In this document: positions 28,039 through 38,915 of the stretch, in pieces
How the letters are laid out: every line of letters begins with the position of its first letter
How positions within the stretch are numbered: position 1 is the first letter of the stretch
NCBI GenBank assembly: GCA_037441845.1
Contig: JBBIRK010000007.1
Location: 66,575 to 130,574, forward strand
Direction: 5' to 3'
Source of the DNA: Candidatus Zixiibacteriota bacterium
Lineage (GTDB): Bacteria > Zixibacteria > MSB-5A5 > UBA10806 > 4484-95
Length of the DNA stretch: 64,000 bases
Translations under genes and position numbers: made by a program
Notes under the pieces: generated by a model
The model's database searches: none
Told to the model about the DNA's origin: nothing
The model's input: only the letters and a program-made list of their open reading frames with translations

Positions 28039-29061
28039 ATGCCTATGCCAAGTCGTTGGGTCTGGAAAATATCGGGTATCTGCGTTCTGGTCACACTCGC
28101 CGTCGGCGCGTATCTTTACTTTATCCCTCAAAATGCCGCCGATTTCGGCAATCAAACGAAATACATATTAATAAGGAGAGGCGAGGGCGTTTACGAGATC
28201 GCATATAAGCTGCGCCAGATGGGAGCGATCGGTTCCGAACTTAATTTCGTGATTTTCGCCAAATTGCCCTGGAACGATAAAAAAATCAAAGCCGGCCGTT
28301 ACGCCTTAGAACCGGGACTAAGCCTCGCGGGAATATTCCGCAGGTTGACATCGGGCGGCGCGGTGCCATATATGATCACCATTCCGGAGGGTTACACGAT
28401 CTCTCAGGTGGCGAAGCTGCTGTCAAGCCAGCTTGAGCTTGATGCCGAGGAATTCATTCAAGCTTGCGGCGACCGGCAATTGCTCGATTCGCTGAATATC
28501 GGCGGAGAAACGGCGGAGGGATACCTGTTTCCTGAAACCTATAATTTTTTCTATGACGAAAAGCCACGAGCGATAATCCGAAAAATGGTGGGCAAATTTT
28601 TCGATAAATTGCCGCAGGATTTCGAAGAGAAAGCGGCCATCGCCGGTTTGGATCTGGACGAGGCGGTGATTCTGGCCTCGCTGATCGAAAAAGAGGCGAT
28701 GATCGACAGCGAAAGAACGATAATCTCGGCCGTATTTCACGAGCGGTTGAATAGAAACATGCTCTTGCAATGCGATCCCACCGTCATTTATGCTCTGGGC
28801 GGAAATAATAAACCTCTATATCACAGCGATCTACAGATTGACTCGCCCTACAACACTTATAAATACCCCGGATTACCTCCGGGACCGATCTGTTCGCCGG
28901 GATTGTCTTCGCTGCTGGCGGCGGTGAATCCGGCGGAAGTCGATTACCTTTACTTCGTCGCCAAAGGTGACGGCTCGCATATTTTCAGCAAAACCAACGA
29001 CGAGCATAATATCGCCAGAAGCAAAGTGCGCAAGACAAAACTATTGGGTATCACACCCTGA
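28039..29061 (+). CDS. mltG: Endolytic transglycosylase MltG
   Basis: TIPEG, EGYLFPETY, ASLIEKE, LQCDPT, SPYNTY, GLPPGPI. Confidence 0.96.
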   Translation: MPMPSRWVWKISGICVLVTLAVGAYLYFIPQNAADFGNQTKYILIRRGEGVYEIAYKLRQMGAIGSELNFVIFAKLPWNDKKIKAGRYALEPGLSLAGIFRRLTSGGAVPYMITIPEGYTISQVAKLLSSQLELDAEEFIQACGDRQLLDSLNIGGETAEGYLFPETYNFFYDEKPRAIIRKMVGKFFDKLPQDFEEKAAIAGLDLDEAVILASLIEKEAMIDSERTIISAVFHERLNRNMLLQCDPTVIYALGGNNKPLYHSDLQIDSPYNTYKYPGLPPGPICSPGLSSLLAAVNPAEVDYLYFVAKGDGSHIFSKTNDEHNIARSKVRKTKLLGITP

Positions 29062-29070
29062 AAGGTATAC

Positions 29071-29571
29071 ATGAAAATCTATCTGGATAAAATCAATGAC
29101 CGCCGATTCGGGTCGGTGATCGTCGGAGTAACCGACGCCGGCCTGCGATTCATCGGTATCGGGAAGAACGCAACCTACGAATCCGCTATTTCCTATGCCA
29201 AAATGAATCGTCTGACTCCGGCGAAAGTTCAAAGCCGAACCGGCCGTTGCGTCAAACAGCTTAAATCGTATTTTGCCGGTAAACGAAAGAAGTTTTCGCT
29301 GAAATTCGATTTGGGACATCTGCCGGAATTTACCCGCAAGACGTTACGCGCCGCCATGAAAATCCCTTATGGAAAAACATCCTCCTACGGCGAAATCGCC
29401 CGGCTTGTCGGAAAACCCCGGGCAGCCCGGGCTGTCGGACGAATCATGGCGACCAATCCCATTCCGATCATTATCCCGTGCCATAGAGTTGTCGGAGCCG
29501 ACGGCGGTTTGACCGGTTATGGTGGGGGATTGGCGATGAAAAAGAAGCTGCTTTCGCTGGAAAGAACCTGA
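29071..29571 (+). CDS. ogt: Methylated-DNA--protein-cysteine methyltransferase
   Basis: IPYG..SYG, RAVG, PCHRV. Confidence 0.93.
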   Translation: MKIYLDKINDRRFGSVIVGVTDAGLRFIGIGKNATYESAISYAKMNRLTPAKVQSRTGRCVKQLKSYFAGKRKKFSLKFDLGHLPEFTRKTLRAAMKIPYGKTSSYGEIARLVGKPRAARAVGRIMATNPIPIIIPCHRVVGADGGLTGYGGGLAMKKKLLSLERT

Positions 29572-29629
29572 TTCTCCTGGGGAAAATTCGAGAATCAAGC
29601 CTTCGAATAGTTTATCCTTGCCCGATTTT

Positions 29630-29671
29630 CCGGCCCGGCGGAGGAGCCGCATTTCCTCCGCCGAAAGCCGG
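29630..29671. terminator. GC-rich hairpin between convergent ogt and ftsZ (possible terminator)
   Basis: CGGCGGAGGA/TCCTCCGCCG 10-bp stem; weak U tracts. Confidence 0.5.
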
Positions 29672-29681
29672 TCTTACCCGA

Positions 29682-30881
29682 TCATATCAACAACTGATCG
29701 CTTAAATCCTGCTGATTGACGGCTTGCCCTGATTGTCTGCCGGTTCCGTATCTTTCGAAAGCGGGTTTTTCAAGCGCTTCCGGAGAACAATCGTGATTGG
29801 GCAGATTTCGATATATCGGCCTTTCCGTAAAGGCCGGGCTTCGCCGCTTCGGTTTTTGTCCGCCGTTATTGCCGTTGTCGTTGAACAATGAGCCGTTTCC
29901 GGCTGTCTTGAATTTTATCTCGTCATGATTGCCGAACCCGGTGGCCACGACCGTGACGAATATCTCATCATTCAGGTTATTGTCTATCACCGCGCCGAAT
30001 ATGATATTGGCATCGCTTCCGACGGCCGCATACACCGATTCCATAGCGTCCGACACATTCATGATCGTCATTTTCTTGCCGCCGGTGATATTGACCAGCA
30101 CTCCTTTTGCACCGGAAATGTCGATATCGTCGAGCAACGGCGAATTTATCGCCTTGCGGGCCGCCTCCTCGGCTGCATTTTCACCTCTGGAGAATCCCGT
30201 GCCCATCAACGCTTCTCCTTTTTCCGACATCACCGTGCGCACGTCGGCAAAATCAAGATTGATCAGACCGCAGCGGGTGATGAGATCGGCTATTCCCTTG
30301 GTCGCCCAATAGAGAACATCATCGGCGCGGCGAAAAGACTCGACGAAAGGAGTATTGCGATCAAGATTCTTGATCAGTTTTTCATTGGGTATGATGATCA
30401 TGGAATCGACGTGTTTGCGAAGCTCGGCGATTCCTTGCTCGGCGCGGGACATTCTTTTTTCACCCTCGAATCGAAAAGGCCGGCTGACTATCCCGACCGT
30501 GAGGGCACCCTGTTCTTTGGCGCAGCGGGACACGATGGGTGCCGCGCCGGTACCGGTTCCTCCGCCCATGCCGGCGGTTATAAAAACCATGTCGGCATCG
30601 CCGACGCTGGCTTTGATTTCATCGAGATTTTCTTCCGCGGCTTTCATGCCGATTTCGGGATTGGCCCCGGCTCCGAGACCTTTGGTCAACATCTTCCCGA
30701 TCTGCACCTTTTCGTGGGCGAGGCTGAAGTCGAGAGCCTGCTTATCGGTGTTTATCGAGACGAATTTCACGCCTGTCAAACCGGCCTCGATCATCCGGTT
30801 TACCGCGTTTCCGCCTGCACCTCCGACGCCGACCACCTTCATCCGCGCATAGGCTTCGCTCTCGGGAGCAAATTCAATCAC
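29682..30881 (-). CDS. ftsZ: Cell division protein FtsZ
   Basis: GGAGGNA, GMGGGTGTG, NLDFAD; C-terminal LEKPAFER. Confidence 0.98.
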   Translation of the reverse strand: MIEFAPESEAYARMKVVGVGGAGGNAVNRMIEAGLTGVKFVSINTDKQALDFSLAHEKVQIGKMLTKGLGAGANPEIGMKAAEENLDEIKASVGDADMVFITAGMGGGTGTGAAPIVSRCAKEQGALTVGIVSRPFRFEGEKRMSRAEQGIAELRKHVDSMIIIPNEKLIKNLDRNTPFVESFRRADDVLYWATKGIADLITRCGLINLDFADVRTVMSEKGEALMGTGFSRGENAAEEAARKAINSPLLDDIDISGAKGVLVNITGGKKMTIMNVSDAMESVYAAVGSDANIIFGAVIDNNLNDEIFVTVVATGFGNHDEIKFKTAGNGSLFNDNGNNGGQKPKRRSPAFTERPIYRNLPNHDCSPEALEKPAFERYGTGRQSGQAVNQQDLSDQLLI

Positions 30882-30915
30882 TTGCTTTTCCTTCCTATCC
30901 CCCGACGGGGAAGAC

Positions 30916-32145
30916 CTAAAAATATTCAGAAAAAATACTTTTTATTCTTGCCATCACGCCTTGTGCACGCTGACCCCCGATGCGCTTTTTCGCCGAGGAT
31001 CTATTGAGCTGGCTATATCTGACCAAACCGACGGCGGTGGCCAGCTCGGGTTCAAGATCCTGCTGTCGGTCGTTGTAGAAAACACTCGGCCGCGCCACCT
31101 TCGCCGGGAGATCGAAAATCTGCTCGGCCATCTCGGCCAATCCCGCGAGTTTTGAACCTCCGCCGGTTAGAATTACCCCGGCCGTCAACGATTCCGTAAG
31201 GTTAATCCGGGTCAATTCCCGGGCGACCAGCGAAAACATCTCTTCCGCCCTGGGTTCGATAATCGAGGCCAGCACCGAGCGGGCGATCTCCCTCGACTCC
31301 CGCCCGGCTACTCCGGGAACCGTGATCAGGTCGTCTGCGCCCACCATGGTGGCCAAAGCGCAACCGTGAAGACATTTCAGACGTTCGGCCTGTTCGAGCG
31401 GAGTTCTGAGTCCGATCGCAATATCATTGGTGACGTTTTTGCCGCCGATTCCGAGAACCGCCGTATGCCTGACCGAACCATCGACGAAAGCCGCGATATC
31501 CGTCGTCCCGCCGCCGATATCGATCAGCAAGCAGCCGAGCTCCCGCTCGTCGGGATTGAGGACCGCATACGATGAAGCCAGAGGCCCCAGCACGAGCTCG
31601 CTGGCTTCGATATCGGCCTTCTCGATCGCCTTCACCATATTGGCCACGGCGGCGATCGATCCGGTTACTATATGCACACTGACTTCGAGTCTGGTGCCGT
31701 TCATCCCCACCGGATCCGTTATTCCGGCTTGATCGTCAACGGTATATTCCTGGGGCAAGACGTGGATGATTTCCCGATCCGCGGGGATAGCGACGGCGCG
31801 CGCCGCCTCGACTACCCGGTTGACGTCAGAGCGACTTATTTCGGAATTCCCTTTGCCGACGGCGATAACACCTCGGCTGTTGATACTTTTTATATGCTCT
31901 CCGGCAATTCCGGCATCGACATGCTTGATCTTGCAGCCACTTACCATCTGGGCATCGGCCACCGCCGCCTCGATCGCACCGACCACTTTTTCGAGATCGA
32001 CGATCAAACCGCGCTTGATTCCTTCGGACGGCGATCTTCCGATTCCGAGAATTCTCAGACCGCTTTCCCCCTCGGGCTGCGCCGCCACGACCGCTACTTT
32101 AGTACTTCCTATATCGAGTCCGACCAGGATTTCATCCTTTGGCAT
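30916..32145 (-). CDS. ftsA: Cell division protein FtsA
   Basis: GLDIGSTK, DIGGGTT, LTGGGS. Confidence 0.97.
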   Translation of the reverse strand: MPKDEILVGLDIGSTKVAVVAAQPEGESGLRILGIGRSPSEGIKRGLIVDLEKVVGAIEAAVADAQMVSGCKIKHVDAGIAGEHIKSINSRGVIAVGKGNSEISRSDVNRVVEAARAVAIPADREIIHVLPQEYTVDDQAGITDPVGMNGTRLEVSVHIVTGSIAAVANMVKAIEKADIEASELVLGPLASSYAVLNPDERELGCLLIDIGGGTTDIAAFVDGSVRHTAVLGIGGKNVTNDIAIGLRTPLEQAERLKCLHGCALATMVGADDLITVPGVAGRESREIARSVLASIIEPRAEEMFSLVARELTRINLTESLTAGVILTGGGSKLAGLAEMAEQIFDLPAKVARPSVFYNDRQQDLEPELATAVGLVRYSQLNRSSAKKRIGGQRAQGVMARIKSIFSEYF

Positions 32146-32875
32146 TAGTCTCTCCGATTTTGCTTATCACTCTTCCTCCGCGCATATCGATAATGCCGGC
32201 CTCGCCCAGAATTTTCAGATCATCGAGGCGCGCCAGTCTATGAAACGATTTTGGAATATTATTCAGAGGAACAATAACTTTTATCGCTTGAGGTTCGATG
32301 AAGATATTGGCGAAAACCAGATTCGAGAGATTTATTTCGGATATGCGCGCCGCCAGACCCGGGGAGACGGCTGTAACTTCCTCCATGATGCTGATGGCAT
32401 AATTCAATCTGAGCCGATCCAGCCAACAAGCGCCGTTTTTCAACGCCAGATCTTGAGCGTTTCGGCTTTCGAAACCGGTTACTATCGGCAATTGCAAATT
32501 CGGTTCGCTTAACGTCATGATTTTTTGACTTCTGGTCAAGCCATACAGGCGCTCGAATTTGGCCAGTAATATCGGCTCCTCCGTCCGGACATCTATCTCG
32601 ATCGTTCCGAGCATCTTGCGGGTGATACTTGCCTGCCTCACTCCGGGCATCCGCATTATATTCGCGGCAGCCCGCTTAAGGTCTTGCTCGAAAATCGATT
32701 CATCGATATTGAGACCGGCGGCGGAAACAATCAAGTTGCGGTCGATATCCGCATCGCATTTGACCCGTATTTCCTGCAGTCTGAACGGCGGCAATTTGCC
32801 CGCTTGCAAAAAAGCCAATCTGCCTGCCAAAATGCCGAGACCTATGGCCAGCGTGAGGGCGGCGACTTTTTTCAT
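32132..32875 (-). CDS. ftsQ: FtsQ/DivIB-type POTRA protein
   Basis: N-terminal TM, POTRA-like region, IDMR; position between murC and ftsA. Confidence 0.8.
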   Translation of the reverse strand: MKKVAALTLAIGLGILAGRLAFLQAGKLPPFRLQEIRVKCDADIDRNLIVSAAGLNIDESIFEQDLKRAAANIMRMPGVRQASITRKMLGTIEIDVRTEEPILLAKFERLYGLTRSQKIMTLSEPNLQLPIVTGFESRNAQDLALKNGACWLDRLRLNYAISIMEEVTAVSPGLAARISEINLSNLVFANIFIEPQAIKVIVPLNNIPKSFHRLARLDDLKILGEAGIIDMRGGRVISKIGETNAKG

Positions 32876-34245
32876 TTGTTCAATTCCTGCAATAAAATCG
32901 GTGTCAAACGGTTGATATCGCCGGCGCCGATTACGATAACGACATCACCTTCGCGAACCCGGGCCTTAAGCAACGCCGGAATCTTGTTCTTGTCCGGCTC
33001 GTAAAATACTTCATTGTGTCCGGCGCGGCTTACCGAATCAGCCACCAATTTTCCGTTTATGCCATTGATGGGTTGCTCGCGCGACCCATAAATATCGGTA
33101 ACGATCAACACGTCGGAATCGAAAAAGGCGGCTCCGAATTCTTTTTCGAAAGCCTTGGTTCGCGAATACAAATGCGGCTGAAACACCGCCACAATCCGGC
33201 TGCCGAAACTTTCTCTTGCCCCGGCCAGAGTCGTCTTTATTTCAGTGGGATGGTGCGCAAAATCGTCATAGAATCGTATCCCGCGGGCCGTGCCGGCATA
33301 CTCCATCCTGCGGCCCACACCGGGGAAAGTACCGATCGCATCGACCGCGGTGGCGAACGGGATTTCAAGGTCGAGCGCCAAGGCGACAGCCGCCAAAGCA
33401 TTCAATACGTTGTGCCTTCCGAAAAGTGGAACCCGAACTTCTCCCAAACGACCGCCGCCGCTATGACAGATGAATTCGGACCCGTCGCGGCCGAATTTGA
33501 CATCCGTGGCGAAAAGGTCCGCATGTCGGGAAAATCCATAGGAGATGCTCGGGCGGCTGAATCTGTCACGAATAAGGCGCAACCCTTCATCCTCGAGACA
33601 ATATATAATGCTCCCGTAAAACGGAACCCGGTTGGCGAATTCGGCAAAACTTCGATAAAGATCTTCCATATCTTTATAGCATTCCATGTGTTCGGCCTCA
33701 ATCGACGTGATGACCGCGATAGTCGGATAGAACCGAAGAATCGAGCGATCGAATTCATCGGCCTCGGCAACTAAATAATCACCCTTGCCCACATAGGCAT
33801 TGGTGCCGACACCCAGAACTCTGCCGCCGACGATGACCGTGGGATCAAATCCGGCTTTGCCCATGACGTGCCCAATGAGCGAGGTGGTGGTCGTTTTTCC
33901 GTGCGTCCCGGCCACCGCAACCGAAAATTTCATCTTCATTAATTCGGAAAGCATCTCTGCGCGCGGAATCGTGGGTATCTTTCTTCGACGTGCCGCCAGC
34001 AATTCCGGGTTGTCCGGCTTTACTGCGGAGGAATAAACTACGACGTCGGCGTCGGCACCGTTGTTTTCGTGATGGCTGTAGCTGACCTTGATGCCGATTT
34101 TTTCGAGATATTCGGTAACCTCGGTTTTCTTCTGATCGCTGCCGGTCAGGGTATAGCCGAGATTGTGCAGCACTTCCGCTATACCACACATTCCCGTTCC
34201 GCCTATGCCCACGAAATGCAGCTTTTTGATTCTTTTGAATTTCAT
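32872..34245 (-). CDS. murC: UDP-N-acetylmuramate--L-alanine ligase
   Basis: HFVGIGGTGM, GTHGKTTT, EADE, DDFAHHPTE. Confidence 0.97.
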   Translation of the reverse strand: MKFKRIKKLHFVGIGGTGMCGIAEVLHNLGYTLTGSDQKKTEVTEYLEKIGIKVSYSHHENNGADADVVVYSSAVKPDNPELLAARRRKIPTIPRAEMLSELMKMKFSVAVAGTHGKTTTTSLIGHVMGKAGFDPTVIVGGRVLGVGTNAYVGKGDYLVAEADEFDRSILRFYPTIAVITSIEAEHMECYKDMEDLYRSFAEFANRVPFYGSIIYCLEDEGLRLIRDRFSRPSISYGFSRHADLFATDVKFGRDGSEFICHSGGGRLGEVRVPLFGRHNVLNALAAVALALDLEIPFATAVDAIGTFPGVGRRMEYAGTARGIRFYDDFAHHPTEIKTTLAGARESFGSRIVAVFQPHLYSRTKAFEKEFGAAFFDSDVLIVTDIYGSREQPINGINGKLVADSVSRAGHNEVFYEPDKNKIPALLKARVREGDVVIVIGAGDINRLTPILLQELNK

Positions 34246-35327
34246 ATCAGGTTGATGATTTCCTTCGTGATTATGTCCGCGCCGCCGGTATTGCCGAGTC
34301 TCAGGGCGCATTCGGACAGTTTGCCCCTTTTATCTCTGTTGTTCATCAATTCCAGAAGCGTCGAGCGGAACACCTCTTTGGATAAATTGCCGTCGGCGAT
34401 CAATTCGACCGCCCCCGATTCTTTCAACGCCTGGGCGTTTTTCATTTGGTGATCGGCGGTGGCATGCGGATAGGGGACCAATAGCGACGGCAATCCGAGC
34501 GCCAGCAATTCGGATACGGTCATCGCTCCGGCGCGGCAAACCACCAAGTCGGCGATAGCATACGCTTGGGGCATTTTATCTATAAAAGGCTCCAGGCTGC
34601 CGCAAAACGCACAGGAAGACATCTTTTTTGAAGTCTCGTCGAATTTATCCGCGCCGGTTTGCCAAAGGCATTGCCAGTCTTCCGGAAGCAGACCATCGCA
34701 AATGAAGCTGCCTATTCCCTCGTTAATAGATTGGGCTCCTCGGCTGCCACCGGTTACGAGCAAGACTTTTTTATTGGGATTAAGTCCGAAGGCCGCATAT
34801 AGGTCATTGGTTCGGGGTATTTTCAGGTCCGGCCGGAGCGGATTACCGCTGACGATTATGTTCCGAATTCCGTGCAGATATTTTTTCGAGCTTTCGAAAG
34901 CCACGCAAATTCGATCCGCGAAGCGCGCAAGAAAACGGGTGGCCAGCCCGGGAAATACATTTTGTTCCTGAATCAAAGTCCGACTCCGCCTGCGTTTGCC
35001 GGCCAGCACAACCGGAGCCGAAACGTAGCCTCCCGTCCCCACAACCACCTCGGGCCCGAACCAACGGATTACTTTGTCGGCCTGCGAGAAAGCGCGCATT
35101 ATTTTTTTCGAAAAATCCATCATCCCGCCGAAATCCCGTCTCAAGCCGACCACTTCTATCTCCTCGATAGGGAAACCGTGTTTCTCCACGATCTTTTTTT
35201 CCATCCCGCCCTTGAGACCGACGAAAAGAAACTCGGCGTCGGCCAGCCTGGACCTGAGCACTTGCGCAATGTTAAGCGCCGGGATCAAATGCCCACCAGT
35301 CCCTCCTCCGGCGAATAAAATCCTCAC
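34242..35327 (-). CDS. murG: MurG glycosyltransferase
   Basis: GGGTGGH, GGYVS, GNPLR, GGSRGA, RAGA. Confidence 0.97.
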   Translation of the reverse strand: MRILFAGGGTGGHLIPALNIAQVLRSRLADAEFLFVGLKGGMEKKIVEKHGFPIEEIEVVGLRRDFGGMMDFSKKIMRAFSQADKVIRWFGPEVVVGTGGYVSAPVVLAGKRRRSRTLIQEQNVFPGLATRFLARFADRICVAFESSKKYLHGIRNIIVSGNPLRPDLKIPRTNDLYAAFGLNPNKKVLLVTGGSRGAQSINEGIGSFICDGLLPEDWQCLWQTGADKFDETSKKMSSCAFCGSLEPFIDKMPQAYAIADLVVCRAGAMTVSELLALGLPSLLVPYPHATADHQMKNAQALKESGAVELIADGNLSKEVFRSTLLELMNNRDKRGKLSECALRLGNTGGADIITKEIINLI

Positions 35328-36460
35328 AAAGCCCCCATGCGATTAAGTTCCGGCCGACAACCATGCCTGGCCACCGATAAAATCATGCCGGTAGCCGCAC
35401 AGGATACGACCAGCGACGAACCGCCATAGCTGAAAAACGGCAAAGTAATTCCGGTGACCGGCAGCAAACCGACCGCCACACCGATATTGATGCCGGCTTG
35501 CGAAATTATCATAACCGCCATGCCCGATGCCAACAGCAGCCCTTCTATATCAGTAGCCGCCAAGGCGACCCTGAGCGCACCGATGAAAAACATCATATAC
35601 AACACCAAAACCAATAGGCAAAGCAGCATTCCACCCTCTTCCGCCGAAGAAGCGAAAATGAAATCGGTATGCGGCGCAGGTAAGAAAAGATTTTTCTGCC
35701 CACCCTCGCCCAGACCACGTCCGAACAGCCCCCCCGAGCCGATGCTTATCAGCGATTGTTTCACCTGGTAGAATCCGCCCCCCAATCCCTCCTGGTTATG
35801 ATCAGCCAACGGATTTTGCAGGATAGCGGCGAAATCGGTCAATCTGTCTTTCTCGTAATCCTTGCCGAACACCATCAGCGCACCCATAACCGCTACCGAT
35901 GCCGTGACTATCGCAATATAACGTAATTTCAACCCGGCGATAAACGACACGGCCGCCATTATTATGAACACGGCCGCCAAGGTGCCGAGATCGGGCTGCT
36001 TGATTATCAGCGACAGCCCGGCCGCCAGCGGAATTGCCCGGATTATAAGCTTCTTGGGCTCGATCCGACGCAGATGAACTTTGGCCGCTATACTTGCCAG
36101 ATACATCACTGCCGCCACTTTGAAAAACTCCGAGGGTTGGAACTGGATGAATCCCAGATCTATCCAACGCTGCACTTCCTGTTTCTCTTTCGCGTTCAAG
36201 ACCAACACCAGCATCACCAAGGCGATCAAGATCAAGGCCGGCGAATACTTGAGCAGGAAGTGGTAATCGAGCCTGGAACAGACGATCATGACCGAGACGG
36301 CGATTACCGCGAAAATCAGCTGCTTGAAAAAATAATACCATCGAGTATGTTTCTCTTCAAGTCCATAGGGGCCGGACACGCTGTAGATAAAAATCAAACC
36401 GATAGCTATCAAAAGCAGCACCGAAAACGCGATAGTCTTCTGGGGCGAATCGATAAACAT
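35324..36460 (-). CDS. ftsW: SEDS peptidoglycan polymerase FtsW
   Basis: RWI..QPSE, QPDLG, HTDFIF, GITLPFFSYGGSS. Confidence 0.95.
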   Translation of the reverse strand: MFIDSPQKTIAFSVLLLIAIGLIFIYSVSGPYGLEEKHTRWYYFFKQLIFAVIAVSVMIVCSRLDYHFLLKYSPALILIALVMLVLVLNAKEKQEVQRWIDLGFIQFQPSEFFKVAAVMYLASIAAKVHLRRIEPKKLIIRAIPLAAGLSLIIKQPDLGTLAAVFIIMAAVSFIAGLKLRYIAIVTASVAVMGALMVFGKDYEKDRLTDFAAILQNPLADHNQEGLGGGFYQVKQSLISIGSGGLFGRGLGEGGQKNLFLPAPHTDFIFASSAEEGGMLLCLLVLVLYMMFFIGALRVALAATDIEGLLLASGMAVMIISQAGINIGVAVGLLPVTGITLPFFSYGGSSLVVSCAATGMILSVARHGCRPELNRMGAL

Positions 36461-37830
36461 CAGCCGCGACTCTCCATCAAGGCCCTGACCGTTTCTTTGA
36501 ACACACGGCCGCGATGCTCATAATTTTCGAACATGTCGAAACTCGCGCAACCGGGAGAAAGCAACACCGTTCCCCGGGGATAGGCAAGTTCGTAGGCTCT
36601 TTTCACGGCAAGAGGAAGCGATTGCGCTTTTTCGATTGTGACGATGCCATCGAAAGCCGCCGCTATTTTCTCGGTCGCCTGACCGATGAGCACCACCGCA
36701 GAGACGTTATTTCTGATCAGAGACTCGAGTTGCCGGAAATCGCCGCCTTTATCTTTGCCTCCGGCGATAAGCACGATAGGCGGGGACACCGACTGAAGCG
36801 CCCAAAAAACGGCATCGACATTGGTCGCTTTTGAGTCGTTAATGAAGCTCACCCCTCCGATGAGCCCCACTTTCTCCAGTCGGTGCTCCACGCCCGTGAA
36901 AGTTCTTAAAGCCTTTATTACATGATCGTCGGCGATTCCCGCTGATGCGGCTATGGCGGCCGCGGCGCAGGCATTGGCCAGATTGTGCGGCCCCTTAATT
37001 CCCAGCTCGGATACCTTCAGCAACTGACGGCGATTGCCCCCCAGAGAAAGATTTATCACATCGTTCAAGGCGAAACATCCTTGGGCGAGTTCTTTGGATG
37101 TCGAGAATAAGACCGCATTTAGGGATTCGCGTTTTTTCATGAGCAATGGATCGTCAGCGTTGAGCACGGCCGTATCGCCATCGCTCTGATTGGCGAATAC
37201 GCGCATTTTCAATCCCACATATTCCTCCATGCTCGCATGACGATCAAGGTGATCAGGAGTGATATTCAGAATCGCCGCCACTGTCGGTTTGAACGACTCG
37301 ATCCATTCGAGCTGAAACGAGGAGACTTCGAGGATTGCGAAATCATTCGGCCCGAGCATCGACGCCACACTGCAATAAGGCGTGCCGATATTTCCGGCGA
37401 CCGCATATTTCCGTTTCGCCTGATGAAAAATTTCGCCGACCAAAGAAGTAGTAGTGGTCTTGCCGTTCGAACCGGTGATCGCAATCACCTTGGCCGGACA
37501 AAGCCAGAACCCGAGTTCAAGCTCGGAAATAACTTTAATCCCTCTGGCGACGGCGTTTTGCAGCACTGGGGAATCGGCGGCCACACCGGGGCTGGTCACG
37601 AATAGATCGCAATCATAAATCTTCTCGGAATGACCTCCGAATTCGAAATTTATTCGGTTATCGCTCAGCGATCGTTTGATCTCGTTCAGCCTTGGAGCAG
37701 ACCATTGATCTTCAGGCTTTGCATCGGATAAATAGACTTCGGCACCGTGGCGTTTCAACTCGATCGCGGCGGCCATTCCCGATCGCGCGGCCCCGATTAC
37801 GCTTATTTTCTTGCTAGATACTTTGTTCAT
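36460..37830 (-). CDS. murD: MurD D-glutamate ligase
   Basis: GSNGKTTT, DHLDRH, DSKATN, SPGCASFD. Confidence 0.97.
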   Translation of the reverse strand: MNKVSSKKISVIGAARSGMAAAIELKRHGAEVYLSDAKPEDQWSAPRLNEIKRSLSDNRINFEFGGHSEKIYDCDLFVTSPGVAADSPVLQNAVARGIKVISELELGFWLCPAKVIAITGSNGKTTTTSLVGEIFHQAKRKYAVAGNIGTPYCSVASMLGPNDFAILEVSSFQLEWIESFKPTVAAILNITPDHLDRHASMEEYVGLKMRVFANQSDGDTAVLNADDPLLMKKRESLNAVLFSTSKELAQGCFALNDVINLSLGGNRRQLLKVSELGIKGPHNLANACAAAAIAASAGIADDHVIKALRTFTGVEHRLEKVGLIGGVSFINDSKATNVDAVFWALQSVSPPIVLIAGGKDKGGDFRQLESLIRNNVSAVVLIGQATEKIAAAFDGIVTIEKAQSLPLAVKRAYELAYPRGTVLLSPGCASFDMFENYEHRGRVFKETVRALMESRG

Positions 37831-38915
37831 CTGATTTTCAGGGTGCTCATGCTGATCAAGGCGAATATCACGCCCAAAATCCAAAAGCGCACCGTTACTT
37901 TCTGTTCCGGCCAGCCGCATAGCTCGAAATGATGATGAATGGGCGCCATCTTGAACACCCGTTTGCCTTTGCTCAACTTGAAATAGACCACCTGAATGAT
38001 CACGGATAGCGCCACCATCACGAAAACGCCGCCCATGATCACCAACAAAATTTCCTTTTTAATCAATAGTGCGATAGCCGCCAAAGCGCCGCCCAGCGCC
38101 AGCGCCCCCGTATCACCCATGAATACCTGCGCCGGATTGGCATTGAACCATAAGAATCCCAGGCACGACCCGACGAGCGCACCGCAGAAAATCGTCAGTT
38201 CGCCGGCGTCTTTGAAATAATCGATATTCAAATAACGGGAAAAATCGCTGCGGCCGGTTATATAGGCCAGCACCGCGAATGACAGGCCGCATATCCCCAC
38301 CAGCCCGATCGCCAAGCCGTCAAGGCCGTCGGTAAGATTCACCGCGTTGGAAACACCGGTGATGACAATTATGACGAACGGAATGTACAACACTCCGAAA
38401 TCGATTTCGAGGTTCTTGAAAAACGGCACTTCGGTCGCCGAATCGAAAAACGGATCCGGGGGATAGAAATAAAGAATCGAACCGAGAATCAGTCCCAAAA
38501 GGATCTGACCGATAAGCTTCTTGCGGGCGACGACTCCTTTTTTCTGTTTCTTGATCGCCTTCAGATAATCATCATAGAAACCGAGCAGTCCCAGCCAGAC
38601 CGTTACCAGCAGCACCAGGTGAATATAGACATTAGTCAAATCGGCCCATAGCAGCGTGGGAATCAGAATCGAAATGAGGATGAGCAGGCCTCCCATGGTT
38701 GGCGTCCCCTTTTTGGCAAGGTGAGTGCTCGGACCGTCGGTACGGATATTTTCTTTGATCTGCTTCCGTTTGAGGTATTGTATGAACAGGCCGCCGAACA
38801 TGAAACTGATCAACATCGCCGTGACCGAAGCGTAGGCGGTGCGGAAAGTAATATATTTGAAAACATTGAAACCGCTGATGTATTCACTCAGTGGATACAG
38901 AAGATGATACAGCAT
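37827..38915 (-). CDS. mraY: Phospho-MurNAc-pentapeptide transferase
   Basis: KGTPTMGG, DDY, NLTDGLDGL, FMGDTG, APIHHHFE. Confidence 0.98.
   Translation of the reverse strand: MLYHLLYPLSEYISGFNVFKYITFRTAYASVTAMLISFMFGGLFIQYLKRKQIKENIRTDGPSTHLAKKGTPTMGGLLILISILIPTLLWADLTNVYIHLVLLVTVWLGLLGFYDDYLKAIKKQKKGVVARKKLIGQILLGLILGSILYFYPPDPFFDSATEVPFFKNLEIDFGVLYIPFVIIVITGVSNAVNLTDGLDGLAIGLVGICGLSFAVLAYITGRSDFSRYLNIDYFKDAGELTIFCGALVGSCLGFLWFNANPAQVFMGDTGALALGGALAAIALLIKKEILLVIMGGVFVMVALSVIIQVVYFKLSKGKRVFKMAPIHHHFELCGWPEQKVTVRFWILGVIFALISMSTLKIR

Noticed and set aside
29925..31007. 360-aa plus-strand ORF, and similar long ones at 5932-6747, 9539-10360, 22772-23644 and 62187-63317
   Set aside because: Antisense shadows of well-conserved genes; no recognisable motifs
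32132..34245. murB and ddl missing from the dcw cluster
   Set aside because: Common rearrangement; the genes are probably elsewhere in the genome
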